DNA of 64,000 nucleotides from an uncultured Bacteroidales bacterium. GTDB taxonomy: Bacteria > Bacteroidota > Bacteroidia > Bacteroidales > WCHB1-69. The notes beneath the pieces were generated by a model. It made no database searches, was not told the DNA's origin, and worked only from the letters and a program-made list of their open reading frames with translations. Position numbers and translations under genes: made by a program. The first letter of the stretch is position 1. Each line of letters starts with the position of its first letter. The stretch lies in the NCBI GenBank assembly GCA_946413585.1, contig CAMKLG010000010.1, positions 437 to 64,436 of the forward strand, read 5' to 3'. Positions 53,547-62,854 of the stretch are shown here, piece by piece.

Positions 53547-53714
53547 CCTTAAGCAGCCTCGAAGAGGCAAGACGCACGAAGTGCAATTAACCCCACACAA
53601 GCGAAGCGTAGTGTGGGGATCAAGCCGCACAAGCGAAGCGCAGTGTGGGGATCAAGCCACACAAGCGAAGCGCAGTATGGGGATCAAGCCACACAAGCAA
53701 AGCGCAGTGTGGGG
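53547..53714 (-). repeat. REP-like element, copy 2 (inverted), with its terminal hairpin amplified to four units of 32-bp period
   Basis: CCTTAAGCA-GCCTC GAA GAGGC-...TTAA, then hairpin units C(C/G)CACAAGC(G/A)AAGCG(T/C)AGT(G/A)TGGGG at 53593, 53625, 53657 and 53689, joined by ATCAAG. Confidence 0.9.
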
Positions 53715-53723
53715 TCAGAAAAG

Positions 53724-55280
53724 CTAAATCGCGTTGATGAATTTTACGACGGCGTCGCGCTCTTCCTTGCTTAGGTTACGGAATTTCTCCACTGTCCAGC
53801 GGGCATCACTTTGGGAGCTGCCGTGCCACATAATGGCTTCCACGACGTTACGCGCGCGGCAGTCGTGCAAGCGGTCGCTGGAACCCGTACACAAGGCGGA
53901 AAGTCCGCGACCCCACAGCGGGGTAGTACGACACCAACCCGTACGGATATCGTTCACCATACAGAGACGATGCTGCACCATATCGGTGTAAGGCCATATT
54001 TTCTGGTTGGGATAGCGTGGCAAACGGCTGTCGGCCGTAGTGAAGAAACCGTTGGGGTCGGTGAAGCGATCCGGGCCGGTAGTCCAGCTGGGGCGGTGAC
54101 AACTTGCACAGCCGATCTCGCGGAAAATCTTGCGCCCTTTCTGAATTTCGGGATCATCCAAGTTACGGGCGGCGGGCACTGCCAAACCGCGATGCCAAAC
54201 CATCAAATTGACATAATCATCGTTGCTCATTTCAGCAGGTAAACTCTTGTTCATCAAGTAGTTGTAGATATCTGTTTCCGGATTGCCCGTGATATTGTAT
54301 TCAGGGAAATAGGCATAGAAATTGGCTTGAACCTCAGGGTCTTGCGAGGCCACGCGGGCGTAGGTTTCCGTCATGTAGTGATAGCGACGGTCGCCGCGCG
54401 TCACATTGGTGATGTTCCAGATGGCATTTGCGCCAGGACCGTCCTGTAGCGGGCCGCGGGAGCAGGCGTAGGTGAAACGCTTCGGATGGTTGGTTTTGCC
54501 GTACAACCCTGTGGGTGCCCAATCAGTACCAGCCCACATCGCCGGGTTCAGTTTCGCACCTGCATTGTATTCTCGCTGATACTGTACCTTCAACGAATCA
54601 TCCGGAATAGCATCCAGCAAACCCGTTCCATAGATACCGATAGTCGATTCCAGACGCACTTTTTCGGTTCCATAAGCGATAGTCGAACCGTTAGACTCCA
54701 ACGGAACGTAGTAAGCGGAGGCGGGGATATAGACTTCGGGGTAAATCAAGCTGTAAGACTCACCATCGGGGAAGCGGTTGCCCCACTCGTCCGTATAGTC
54801 TATCCACGTGATCTGAATTTGACTCTCGTCAATAGGTGCTTTGAAGGGCGGCACAGCCTTGGTCTGCGGCATACCGGTAAGGGACGAGATGTAGTTGTCG
54901 TTCTGATCGGTAACCACCAGAAGATAGCCGTTGCCCCAATCGCTCGCCGCATAACGATCCATACGTTTACCATGTCCATAGCCTGGATGACAAGCGATGC
55001 AGGAACTGCGGATATACAGAGGTCCTAATCCGTTGAACGGCGGTGTGTTCTGCGTAAAATCGCGCTCAAACAGATATTCACCGTACTTAAACGCCGCGAT
55101 GTCGTTAACCGCAGGCGCAGGATCCTCATACGCCGACGATGAACTGTTGAACGTCGTACCCAACTGACCACCCGCGTAGGTTTCCTCTTCAATCCAGGAA
55201 AGTTCTGTATTTTCAGGTTTATGGCAGCCTGCCAACAGGAATAATCCCAAAACAATAATGGTTGTCGTTATTTTATTCAT
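53724..55280 (-). CDS. Di-heme c-type cytochrome, DUF1111 / cytochrome-c-peroxidase-like oxidoreductase
   Basis: 518 aa lipoprotein-like protein (LLAGC). Two CxxCH motifs: CIACH and CASCH. Confidence 0.8.
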   Translation of the reverse strand: MNKITTTIIVLGLFLLAGCHKPENTELSWIEEETYAGGQLGTTFNSSSSAYEDPAPAVNDIAAFKYGEYLFERDFTQNTPPFNGLGPLYIRSSCIACHPGYGHGKRMDRYAASDWGNGYLLVVTDQNDNYISSLTGMPQTKAVPPFKAPIDESQIQITWIDYTDEWGNRFPDGESYSLIYPEVYIPASAYYVPLESNGSTIAYGTEKVRLESTIGIYGTGLLDAIPDDSLKVQYQREYNAGAKLNPAMWAGTDWAPTGLYGKTNHPKRFTYACSRGPLQDGPGANAIWNITNVTRGDRRYHYMTETYARVASQDPEVQANFYAYFPEYNITGNPETDIYNYLMNKSLPAEMSNDDYVNLMVWHRGLAVPAARNLDDPEIQKGRKIFREIGCASCHRPSWTTGPDRFTDPNGFFTTADSRLPRYPNQKIWPYTDMVQHRLCMVNDIRTGWCRTTPLWGRGLSALCTGSSDRLHDCRARNVVEAIMWHGSSQSDARWTVEKFRNLSKEERDAVVKFINAI

Positions 55281-55308
55281 AATTCTTAATTCTTAATTCA
55301 TAATTAAT
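55281..55308. repeat. Heptamer array (AATTCTT AATTCTT AATTCAT AATTAAT) filling a whole intergenic spacer
   Basis: It spans the 23-nt gap between the imelysin stop and the di-heme start. Confidence 0.9.
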
Positions 55309-56449
55309 CTTCGTAAGTGCGAAGCGCCTCATTCACCTTCGACAGCACATCGTCAAGGTTCTGGCAAGCCTCGATAGCTGCGGCGTTGGCAGGGTTGGTG
55401 TAATTGCTGACAAACGGGCGCGGCATGGCATCAATCTTGGCGAGAGCCTCTCTGATGGCCTCTTCCACCTCACTGTCGAGTTTGCTGTCCATCTTCTTCA
55501 CATACGCATGCAGGGAGAGTTTGTCGTTGCGCTGTCCCTTGATGCCGCCATAGTAGGCATTCTCAATGCTGACGATGTTGTTGTAGAAGTCCTCGATAGA
55601 TTTTTGGCTGTAGGGTGATTCTATGTAGTTGGGATCTTCGCCGTTGTACGGTTTCCCGATTTTAGAAGTACCCACCTCGTCGGCGATGGTTTTGCAGCCA
55701 TCCACGATAGCCATGAGGCCAGAGACCGTGCTGGCGTAGGTGCTACCCGGATTGCCGGACAGCTTGAGGTTGTCGCCGTAACTGTTGCCGCTGCCATTGA
55801 CACTCGTGTTGAGTTCCAGCTCCTCCACTTTGTCGCGGTGCGATTTCGGAGCATTGTCGCCGTTCCAGCTCACCTCGAGTTGGAAGCAACGATTGCGCAG
55901 GTCGCCGGCCACAGCCACAGCGTACACCATCTGCATGTCGGTAATCTCACTAGCGTCCTTTGCCTGACCATTGCGGAAGAGGATATACTCGATGCCGTGG
56001 AAACCGAGGAGCGCGTTGCCGAGCTGCTCGCCCGCCACCACATCGCCATCCTCGCCAGCCAATGCAGCCAACATATCCGGACTGTTCATCAGATTGTTGA
56101 AGGCATCCACATCCAACGGCCAAGAATCAATGTGAGGGTCGATGCCGAAATCCGACGCGGCACCGAAGAGGAAGGCTTCGCTTTTCTCCCACCAAGCGCG
56201 GGCATTCAGGAACGTTTCACACACCTTGTTCAAATCGCTCTGTGAACCGCTGGTGCGGAAAGCATCCAATTCATCAACAAGCTGATCTGTATAGTTGGCC
56301 AGATTCATGTAAGTTGGCGCAATGGTATGTTCCACATACTGTTGCAACACCTGTGCTTGTTTTTCATTTACCAATTCACCATTGCCGTGATTACACCCCA
56401 CGGCCAGGAATGCGATTGCCACCATTGTGGCGATAAATGTTTTTTTCAT
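55304..56449 (-). CDS. Imelysin (peptidase M75-like / EfeO-Algp7-like) lipoprotein
   Basis: 381 aa. Lipobox LAVGC. Family GxHxxE motif in LGFHGIEYILF. Confidence 0.8.
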   Translation of the reverse strand: MKKTFIATMVAIAFLAVGCNHGNGELVNEKQAQVLQQYVEHTIAPTYMNLANYTDQLVDELDAFRTSGSQSDLNKVCETFLNARAWWEKSEAFLFGAASDFGIDPHIDSWPLDVDAFNNLMNSPDMLAALAGEDGDVVAGEQLGNALLGFHGIEYILFRNGQAKDASEITDMQMVYAVAVAGDLRNRCFQLEVSWNGDNAPKSHRDKVEELELNTSVNGSGNSYGDNLKLSGNPGSTYASTVSGLMAIVDGCKTIADEVGTSKIGKPYNGEDPNYIESPYSQKSIEDFYNNIVSIENAYYGGIKGQRNDKLSLHAYVKKMDSKLDSEVEEAIREALAKIDAMPRPFVSNYTNPANAAAIEACQNLDDVLSKVNEALRTYED

Positions 56450-56499
56450 CTTATTATTCTTTATGTTTGACTCTGTCTGGGATTATTTTTTTCATTCCA

Positions 56500-56561
56500 G
56501 GGGTTGCGCTTCGCTTACCCCTGTCTACCAAGCTCTTGCCCCTACGGGGCTGCTCAAGGAA
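56500..56561 (+). repeat. REP-like two-hairpin element, copy 3
   Basis: Hairpin 1 is GGGGT-TGCGCTTCGCTT-ACCCC: same loop as copies 1 and 2, different stem. Hairpin 2 is GCCCC-TAC-GGGGC (56538-50). Then TGCTCAAGGAA. Confidence 0.75.
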
Positions 56562-56572
56562 TATTTTTTAAT

Positions 56573-56612
56573 TCATCGTCCATTCATCGTATCATCGTGT
56601 CATCGTATTATC
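56573..56612. repeat. Short-period array (TCATCGT units, period 8-11)
   Basis: TCATCGT occurs at 56573, 56584, 56592 and 56600. The array abuts the stop codon of the porin-like gene (56608-10). Confidence 0.75.
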
Positions 56613-57951
56613 CTTTCTTATGAAATTCCTTGCTAAACATTCCCGCCCAGGTAATTCCCAGCGCGAACCACGGTTCTTGGTTGTACTGCGACTTGAGCAG
56701 GCGGATGCCGCCCTCGGCTTTGACGACGATCTCCTTGATGGGGCTGTAGTTGATGCCGCCGCTGACACACTGGCGGTCAGTCCATGCGTAATCTGTCATG
56801 TTGTGCCCCGGAATATAGGAGTCGTAATATTCGTAACGGGCGAAGAGATAGAGTTTGTGACGATCCATTTTGGGATTCTTGTGATGATGGAAAACATCGT
56901 AGCCGATTTCGCCGCCCGCACTCCAAGCCGCTTGACCCACAAGGGTTTGCGGGTACGGAGCCTGAGAGCTATGGGGCAATGTAGAGTTATAAACGGAGAT
57001 CAACTCACAGTCGGAGAGGTGGCCGTAGAGACCGCTACCGCGTATAACAAGACCGCCTGTTTTGTAACTGAAATCGAGACCACCGATGAGCGCAGTACCA
57101 CGCACCTTTGCGTAGCGAGAGGAACTTTCGTCAGTGATGATGTCGTTGCGGAAGGTATTGCCCACGAAACCGCTGATGCCTATGTGCAACCCTTTGATGC
57201 TGTAGTTATCGACGCGGGCGGCCACGGCCAACTTATTGGCAACGCGAAACTCGTAAGGCGAGGCAGAACCGTCGTGTGCCCAACCGGAAACGCTGAACAT
57301 GCTGGAGTTCAGCGACGGAATCAACATCACATCATAACGCCAGTCTTGAATGCGTCCCCAAACCTCAATACCGGTTTCGTGCCACGTACAAGGGATGATA
57401 GTATTCTCGCCTTCAGGACGATAGACTCCAAAAAACTGGGTAGGCAGATGGGCATTGTTCGTACCGCCAACGGGAACGACAATGTGACCTGCACGAATGT
57501 TCATCTTTCCACCCCAGAAGGCTTTCTGCAACCAAAACTGTTCCAAAGCGACCTCGCCGCCGCGCTCAATCTCCTTCTCGAACTCACCGGTCTCCTCAGC
57601 CTCCACTTCCACCGCCGACTCTGTGCCGCCATGCTCAAATTCTATCTCGGTATTGAAACTCCAACCATGTCCGAAATCATAACCTAACATAATGACGGCA
57701 TGGGGCAAATCAACACGCCCATGTCCCTTCGAGCCAGCGTAGTTTGCAGCGTGAGAATAACGGAAAACATTGTCACTGAAGAAATTGTATTTATAAACAG
57801 CCTCGCCATAACCACCAATGGTAAGCGTGCCTAACGACTTTCCTTTTGCCGTACTTTTAACCTTTGCGGTGTCTGCGCTGTTCTGTGCAATAACGGTCTG
57901 TAAACCAAAGAATAAAATGCCTAAAGAAGCGAATAAAATCTTTCTGCTCAT
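56608..57951 (-). CDS. Outer-membrane beta-barrel (porin-like) protein, first gene of the imelysin cluster
   Basis: Start set at the ATG at 57951 (MSRKILFASLGILFFGLQTVIAQ); the ORF-track start is a TTG inside the -7 box. Alternating aromatic/Gly beta-strand pattern. Confidence 0.5.
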   Translation of the reverse strand: MSRKILFASLGILFFGLQTVIAQNSADTAKVKSTAKGKSLGTLTIGGYGEAVYKYNFFSDNVFRYSHAANYAGSKGHGRVDLPHAVIMLGYDFGHGWSFNTEIEFEHGGTESAVEVEAEETGEFEKEIERGGEVALEQFWLQKAFWGGKMNIRAGHIVVPVGGTNNAHLPTQFFGVYRPEGENTIIPCTWHETGIEVWGRIQDWRYDVMLIPSLNSSMFSVSGWAHDGSASPYEFRVANKLAVAARVDNYSIKGLHIGISGFVGNTFRNDIITDESSSRYAKVRGTALIGGLDFSYKTGGLVIRGSGLYGHLSDCELISVYNSTLPHSSQAPYPQTLVGQAAWSAGGEIGYDVFHHHKNPKMDRHKLYLFARYEYYDSYIPGHNMTDYAWTDRQCVSGGINYSPIKEIVVKAEGGIRLLKSQYNQEPWFALGITWAGMFSKEFHKKG

Positions 57952-57969
57952 AAACTTGATTTTATGATG

Positions 57970-57977
57970 CAAAAGTA
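57970..57977 (-). promoter_or_regulatory. -7 promoter box (minus strand)
   Basis: CAAAAGTA on the + strand equals TACTTTTG on the minus strand, 19 nt upstream of the ATG at 57951. Confidence 0.55.
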
Positions 57978-58094
57978 GAACTCGCTCTTAAAATCGTTCA
58001 TCACCTTTTTTGGGGATTTTTCGGGTATTGAATAATAAAAGATGACGATGGGTCAGAACTTGACTTCTCGCACCGTCGCATACAATATATTTAC

Positions 58095-58102
58095 TATTTT
58101 TG
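58095..58102 (+). promoter_or_regulatory. -7 promoter box (TAnnTTTG)
   Basis: TATTTTTG lies 24 nt upstream of the ATG at 58126. Confidence 0.55.
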
Positions 58103-58125
58103 CACCGAGAATCTTAAATATCGCC

Positions 58126-60042
58126 ATGAACCGTTTGCGCCATATTGCTACCACCTTTTTCCGCAGGCTGCGGAACTACACGCCGCCTACGCTCGTCATC
58201 ACTCTTTTCTCGCTCGTCCTGCTTCCCTCCTTGTTCCTGCTTGCCTCCATTGCATTAGAGGGCTGCCAACGCAAGGAAAAAGTGCAAGCCCAGCCGCACT
58301 GGTTCAAGCACTATCAACATTTCAAAGAGAAAGAATATGTGCAATTTATTGAAGATCAAATCCATAGCGAGACCGACACGTTGCTCATGCCCTCGTTAGT
58401 GCGCGACTTCTACCGCGGGCGGAACTTCCATCCGTTCTGGACACAAAAGGGGTTGCAAGAGGCGATGACCGACTCGCTGATTTCCTCTTTGACAAACGCT
58501 TACCCTAGCCACGGCATTCCTGGCGAGTATTTCCATCTTGACAGTATTCAGCAGTCTATCAAGCAGTTGATAGAGTACGAAGTTCCTGACAACGAGACTC
58601 TTTACCCGCATCTTTACCTCATTGAACGACTGCTTACCTACCAATACCTGCGCTACGCCTGTGCACTGGAGTATGGGGCGGTGGATCCTAAGAAAGTACA
58701 CGGCAATAAATGGTACTACGAGACGCTCATTCCCGATTCCGCCTTCCTCCTGAATGCCCTTGACAGCATCGCGCTATTCTCCGAATACCTTTCTGCTCAT
58801 ACCCCGAAAACTCCTGAATATCAATCTCTTCAAAACGAATTAAAAAGATGGTGTGAGATTTCGGGCACTACCACCGTGACGATTCCCGACTTCCGCGTGT
58901 GCAAGGACACCCCAAACGCGAACATCGCCCAGCTATGTAAACGACTTAACCAATTAGGATTTAAGATTAACGAAAGTAACACTCTGACCGACAATATCTT
59001 AACATCCATCAACACTTTCCGCAGACAGAACGGAATTCCCGAAAGCGACAGTCTTGATGCAGAGACTATCGAGAAGCTGAATCGGCCAATACAATATTAT
59101 ATGGATGCGTTGTCGGCCAATCTGGAACGGCTGCGCTGGAAAAAATTGCACCAAAAGAGCGACGACACGCTCCACATCGCCGTCAACATTCCCGACTACA
59201 CGCTCTGCGTGGTGCAAAACGACGAGGTGGTGATGCGCAACCGTATCTGCTGCGGCAAAACGCAGAACCCCGAGAAGATGCCGGCGCGGCACAAAAACGG
59301 GCTCATCATCCCCTACAAAGCCGAGACTCCGCTGATGTACAGCAGGATACGCACGTTGGTACTCAATCCCGAGTGGAACATTCCGTACGACATCATCAAG
59401 GACGAGTACTACCAAAAATTAGTGAAGAGCAACACGGCGGCGGTGAAACGCGAGCGTCTCTACATCCGCGACAGCCGCAACGGGCAATATGTCGTGCCCG
59501 ACTCCATTGATTGGAGCAAGGTGAACCGTGGCAATATTCCCTACCGACTGCATCAGACTTCCGGACGTCACAACGCACTGGGGCTCTACAAGTTCGTCTT
59601 CTCCAACTCCGAATCGGTTTATTTGCACGACACCAACAACAAGGGAGCCTTCAAACGGCGCAAGCGGGCACTGAGTCACGGTTGCGTGCGAGTGCAACAT
59701 CCCGACAGCGTGGCCGAATGGGTTTACCGCGTCAATAATTTCGACACCAACTACATCGAGCAGCTGCACATCATCTCCGGTGCAAAACCCACCACCGAGA
59801 AAGGCGAGGAATATTTGGAGAAGCTCCACGAGAAGGACTCTCTTCATTACGCAAAGCTCAGCGACAGAGACAAGCAGTTCTACCGTAAGTTGCGCCCCAC
59901 GAGCGTCGCCCTGCGCAAATCCATCCCGCTTTTCATCGAATACCACACCTGTTTCATTGGCGAGGACGGCACCGTGCAATACCGCGAGGATGTCTATTAC
60001 AAAGATGCCAACATCCTGTATTTGATGAAAAATCCGGAATAA
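58126..60042 (+). CDS. L,D-transpeptidase (YkuD/YcbB-like) with peptidoglycan-binding region
   Basis: Start at the ATG at 58126, because the -7 box lies inside the longer ORF. N-terminal TM segment. Catalytic motif LHDTNNKGAFKRRKRALSHGCVRV. Confidence 0.8.
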   Translation: MNRLRHIATTFFRRLRNYTPPTLVITLFSLVLLPSLFLLASIALEGCQRKEKVQAQPHWFKHYQHFKEKEYVQFIEDQIHSETDTLLMPSLVRDFYRGRNFHPFWTQKGLQEAMTDSLISSLTNAYPSHGIPGEYFHLDSIQQSIKQLIEYEVPDNETLYPHLYLIERLLTYQYLRYACALEYGAVDPKKVHGNKWYYETLIPDSAFLLNALDSIALFSEYLSAHTPKTPEYQSLQNELKRWCEISGTTTVTIPDFRVCKDTPNANIAQLCKRLNQLGFKINESNTLTDNILTSINTFRRQNGIPESDSLDAETIEKLNRPIQYYMDALSANLERLRWKKLHQKSDDTLHIAVNIPDYTLCVVQNDEVVMRNRICCGKTQNPEKMPARHKNGLIIPYKAETPLMYSRIRTLVLNPEWNIPYDIIKDEYYQKLVKSNTAAVKRERLYIRDSRNGQYVVPDSIDWSKVNRGNIPYRLHQTSGRHNALGLYKFVFSNSESVYLHDTNNKGAFKRRKRALSHGCVRVQHPDSVAEWVYRVNNFDTNYIEQLHIISGAKPTTEKGEEYLEKLHEKDSLHYAKLSDRDKQFYRKLRPTSVALRKSIPLFIEYHTCFIGEDGTVQYREDVYYKDANILYLMKNPE

Positions 60043-60072
60043 AGAACTTTGAACAATCGGAAGTTCTTTCTG
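60041..60072 (+). terminator. Possible terminator hairpin after the L,D-transpeptidase gene
   Basis: 9-bp stem AAAGAACTT / AAGTTCTTT with an 11-nt loop and a weak T-tract. Confidence 0.35.
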
Positions 60073-60081
60073 GATTGTGAA

Positions 60082-60108
60082 ATAAAAAGGCTGCCCCTTA
60101 AGACAGCC
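60082..60108 (-). terminator. Possible Rho-independent terminator after the flotillin gene
   Basis: On the minus strand: GGCTG-loop-CAGCC followed by TTTTTATTT. The stem is short. Confidence 0.4.
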
Positions 60109-60138
60109 CAAATCACGAATTACTAATTTGTAATCGAA

Positions 60139-61674
60139 CTATTTCCCAGAGGTTCGCTTCACGGCGTTCTCAAGGGTGGATTGCTTCACGATTTCGGTCA
60201 TATCGACGCCGGTGGCATCCGCGACAGTGTCCATGGTCTGCTTGATGACGGTAGGCACTTGTCCGGAAATTTGCGCGATACCGTCGCCGTTCCCTCCGTA
60301 AATACGCACATCGCGGATAGAGCCGATGGGTTCAGCCACTGATTTGGCAATTTCGGGCAGCTTGTCGATGACCATCTGTGCTTTGGCCGCATCACCGTAT
60401 TTCTGGAATGCCATGGCCTTCTTCTCCATAGCTTCTGCCTCGGCGATACCGCGTTTCTCGATAGCGGAAGCCTCTGCAATACCCTTCTGCTCAATGGCGT
60501 ATGCTTCCGCGTCGGCGAGTTTCTTCTTACCGATGGATTCCTGTTCCATCCGGAACATCTCGGCCTCCGCCTGCGCCCGCACGGCGCGGGCACGCTGCTC
60601 AGCCTCGTAGGCTTCAGCTTCGGCCTTGCGCTTGCGCTGTTCCAGTTCGGCGGCAGCCTCGATTTCCTTCTGGTATTTCTCAGCATCAGCGGTCTTTTGA
60701 ACTTCCGCCTCCAGCTTGTTTTTCTGAATCTTGACCTGCTCCAGTGTCAATTCCCCTTCTTTGCGGGCTTTCTCGGTCTCGGCCTCCACGGCAGCGGCGT
60801 TGATTTCTTTCTGCCGTTCCTGGGTCAGCAACTGCTTGGTAGCCTCTGCATCCACGGTTTTCTCGTTCACCGTCTTCTGCTGCTCCTGCTTCTGGATTTC
60901 ATACGCGGCATCAGCCTTCGCACGCTGCGTGTCTTCCACCACTTTGAGGTTGGCTTTCTTCACCGCCAGTTCGTTATTTTTCTCCGCGATGATGGTCTCG
61001 TTGAGGACGCGGGCATCGTTGGCCTCCTTCGCGGCTTCCGACTCGGCGATGGCAATGTCACGCTCGGCCTGCGCCTTGGTGATGGCAGCCTCCTTGCGGA
61101 TTTTGAACGTGTTGTCCGCACCGAGATTCTTGATAAGACCCTCATTGTCTGTGATATTCTGAATATTGCACGAAATAACCTCGATACCGAGCTTTGCCAT
61201 GTCGGGCGTGGCCTTCTTGGCAATTTGGTCGGAGAAACCGTCACGATCGATGTTCAAGGACTTGAGATCCAGCGTGCCGATGATTTCACGCATGTTGCCC
61301 TCCAAAGAGTCCTTGATCTGCGTGGCAATGTCCTTCTCCGTCATGTTCAGAAAGTTTTTGGCAGCCAGACGTATTCCTTCGTCGGTGTTGATGACACGGA
61401 TTTTGGCTACCGCATCCACCACGACGGAGATGAAGTCGTTGGTCGGGACGGGTGTGGAGGTCTTGATGTCAACACTCGTCTGTCCGAGGAATACTTTATC
61501 GACCCGTTCGAGGCCGGGGATGCGGAGCCCGCCCTTGCCGATAAGGATTCGCGGTTTGCGAGAAAGACCGGAAATGACGTATGCGTCTTTCGGCGGAGCC
61601 TTCACGTAACAAATGGCCAAGACAACGATGAGGAGAATTACCCCAGCGATGATTAAAAAAACAGTATTTGTCAT
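60139..61674 (-). CDS. Flotillin-like SPFH/band-7 domain protein (YqiK-like)
   Basis: 511 aa. N-terminal TM, SPFH domain, then a long Ala/Glu/Lys-rich coiled coil (EAEAYEAEQRARAVRAQAEAE...). Confidence 0.85.
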   Translation of the reverse strand: MTNTVFLIIAGVILLIVVLAICYVKAPPKDAYVISGLSRKPRILIGKGGLRIPGLERVDKVFLGQTSVDIKTSTPVPTNDFISVVVDAVAKIRVINTDEGIRLAAKNFLNMTEKDIATQIKDSLEGNMREIIGTLDLKSLNIDRDGFSDQIAKKATPDMAKLGIEVISCNIQNITDNEGLIKNLGADNTFKIRKEAAITKAQAERDIAIAESEAAKEANDARVLNETIIAEKNNELAVKKANLKVVEDTQRAKADAAYEIQKQEQQKTVNEKTVDAEATKQLLTQERQKEINAAAVEAETEKARKEGELTLEQVKIQKNKLEAEVQKTADAEKYQKEIEAAAELEQRKRKAEAEAYEAEQRARAVRAQAEAEMFRMEQESIGKKKLADAEAYAIEQKGIAEASAIEKRGIAEAEAMEKKAMAFQKYGDAAKAQMVIDKLPEIAKSVAEPIGSIRDVRIYGGNGDGIAQISGQVPTVIKQTMDTVADATGVDMTEIVKQSTLENAVKRTSGK

Positions 61675-61751
61675 AATTGTTTGATTTTAAGGGTTTTTAT
61701 ACTATTCGCACAAATCTCAGAAAGAGACTCGTGTTTATTTAACACAATATG

Positions 61752-61759
61752 CAAAAGTA
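61752..61759 (-). promoter_or_regulatory. -7 promoter box (minus strand) for flotillin
   Basis: CAAAAGTA on the + strand equals TACTTTTG on the minus strand, 78 nt upstream of the ATG at 61674. Confidence 0.5.
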
Positions 61760-61837
61760 CATTTTTTTTAATAAGCGCATATTGATTATTTTTGCACAAC
61801 CTTTCAACATTAACCATCAATGACAAAGTAAAAATAG

Positions 61838-61845
61838 TATCTTTG
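61838..61845 (+). promoter_or_regulatory. -7 promoter box (TAnnTTTG)
   Basis: TATCTTTG is followed immediately by the 102-nt tandem array and the ATG at 61956. A second candidate, TATTTTTG, lies at 61787-61794. Confidence 0.55.
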
Positions 61846-61850
61846 CCGCA

Positions 61851-61952
61851 TCTGAATCTTTGAATCTTTGAATCTTTGAATCTTTGAACTTTGAACTTTG
61901 AACCCTAAACCATAAACCCTAAACCATAAACCCTAAACCATAAACCCTAAAC
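61851..61952. repeat. Compound tandem array forming a whole 5' leader
   Basis: (ATCTTTGA)x3-4 with period 8, (ACTTTGA)x3 with period 7, then (CCCTAAA CCATAAA) alternating for 7 units. G-free from 61901 to 61957. Confidence 0.95.
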
Positions 61953-61955
61953 AAC

Positions 61956-62807
61956 ATGAATCACCCTCCTCACCTCATGATTGATGCGGGCGGCACCAAG
62001 ACGGCCTTCGCATTGCTATACGACGGGAAGGTTTTCCGTTGCCAGAGCGGCGGCATCAACGCCAACTACACCCCTGAGGCGGACATCCTGCGCATCATGG
62101 CGGAAGCGGTACCGCAATTCCCGAAAGAGGTCATCATCAAAGGAATAGACTATTACGGGGCGGGATGTGCCACCCCGCAGAACGCCTTGCGCATGGAGAG
62201 TTACTTGCGGATGTTCTTCCCGATGGCCGAAATCCGGGTCTGGTCAGATCTGATGGCCGCCTGTCACGCGCTGGCAGGTGCGCGAGAGGCCATCGTCTGC
62301 ATCCTCGGCACCGGCGCGGCCTCCTGTCATTACGACGGACGGACGATGGTCGGGCGCGCACCCTCCCTCGGCTGGCTGCTCGGCGATGAAGGCAGCGGCA
62401 CCCACCTGGGCAAATGTCTGCTCTCCGCCTATCTCTCGGACGCACTCCCCCACCCGATTCGCGAAACCTTCGAAGAACGATACCGCCTCACCCGCGAACT
62501 CGTGATGCACAAGCTCTACCAGGAGCCGAAACCCAATCTGTTCATGTCGCAATTCGCCCCGTTCCTGAAAGAAAATATCGCGGAACCCGCTATACGACAA
62601 ATCGTTACGGAGGCTTTCACCGCCTTCTTCAAGAAGCAGAAGAGCTACTATCCAAGCTGCGATGGTCTCCCGTGGCATTTCACCGGCTCTGTCGCCGCGC
62701 ACTTCGAAAAAGCCTTGCGCGAGGCAGCGGAAACGGCAGGATGTAAAATCGGGGAGATTGCAGGAGACCCAATGGAAAAGTTAGTCCAATTAGAAATGGG
62801 TGATTAG
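61956..62807 (+). CDS. BadF/BadG/BcrA/BcrD-type ATPase (N-acetylglucosamine kinase-like)
   Basis: 283 aa. Phosphate-1 motif MIDAGGTKT, ILGTGAA, LLGDEGSG. Confidence 0.7.
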   Translation: MNHPPHLMIDAGGTKTAFALLYDGKVFRCQSGGINANYTPEADILRIMAEAVPQFPKEVIIKGIDYYGAGCATPQNALRMESYLRMFFPMAEIRVWSDLMAACHALAGAREAIVCILGTGAASCHYDGRTMVGRAPSLGWLLGDEGSGTHLGKCLLSAYLSDALPHPIRETFEERYRLTRELVMHKLYQEPKPNLFMSQFAPFLKENIAEPAIRQIVTEAFTAFFKKQKSYYPSCDGLPWHFTGSVAAHFEKALREAAETAGCKIGEIAGDPMEKLVQLEMGD

Positions 62808-62854
62808 ATATTCGTATTTTTAAGCTAGACGGCACCTGGTACGCTATCATTATT

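Noticed and set aside
53591-53714. The 32-bp-period repeat array as a possible CRISPR array
   Set aside because: The 'spacers' are a constant 6-nt ATCAAG rather than unique 25-40 nt sequences. There are only four units and no cas genes or leader. The unit is the terminal hairpin of a dispersed REP-like element.
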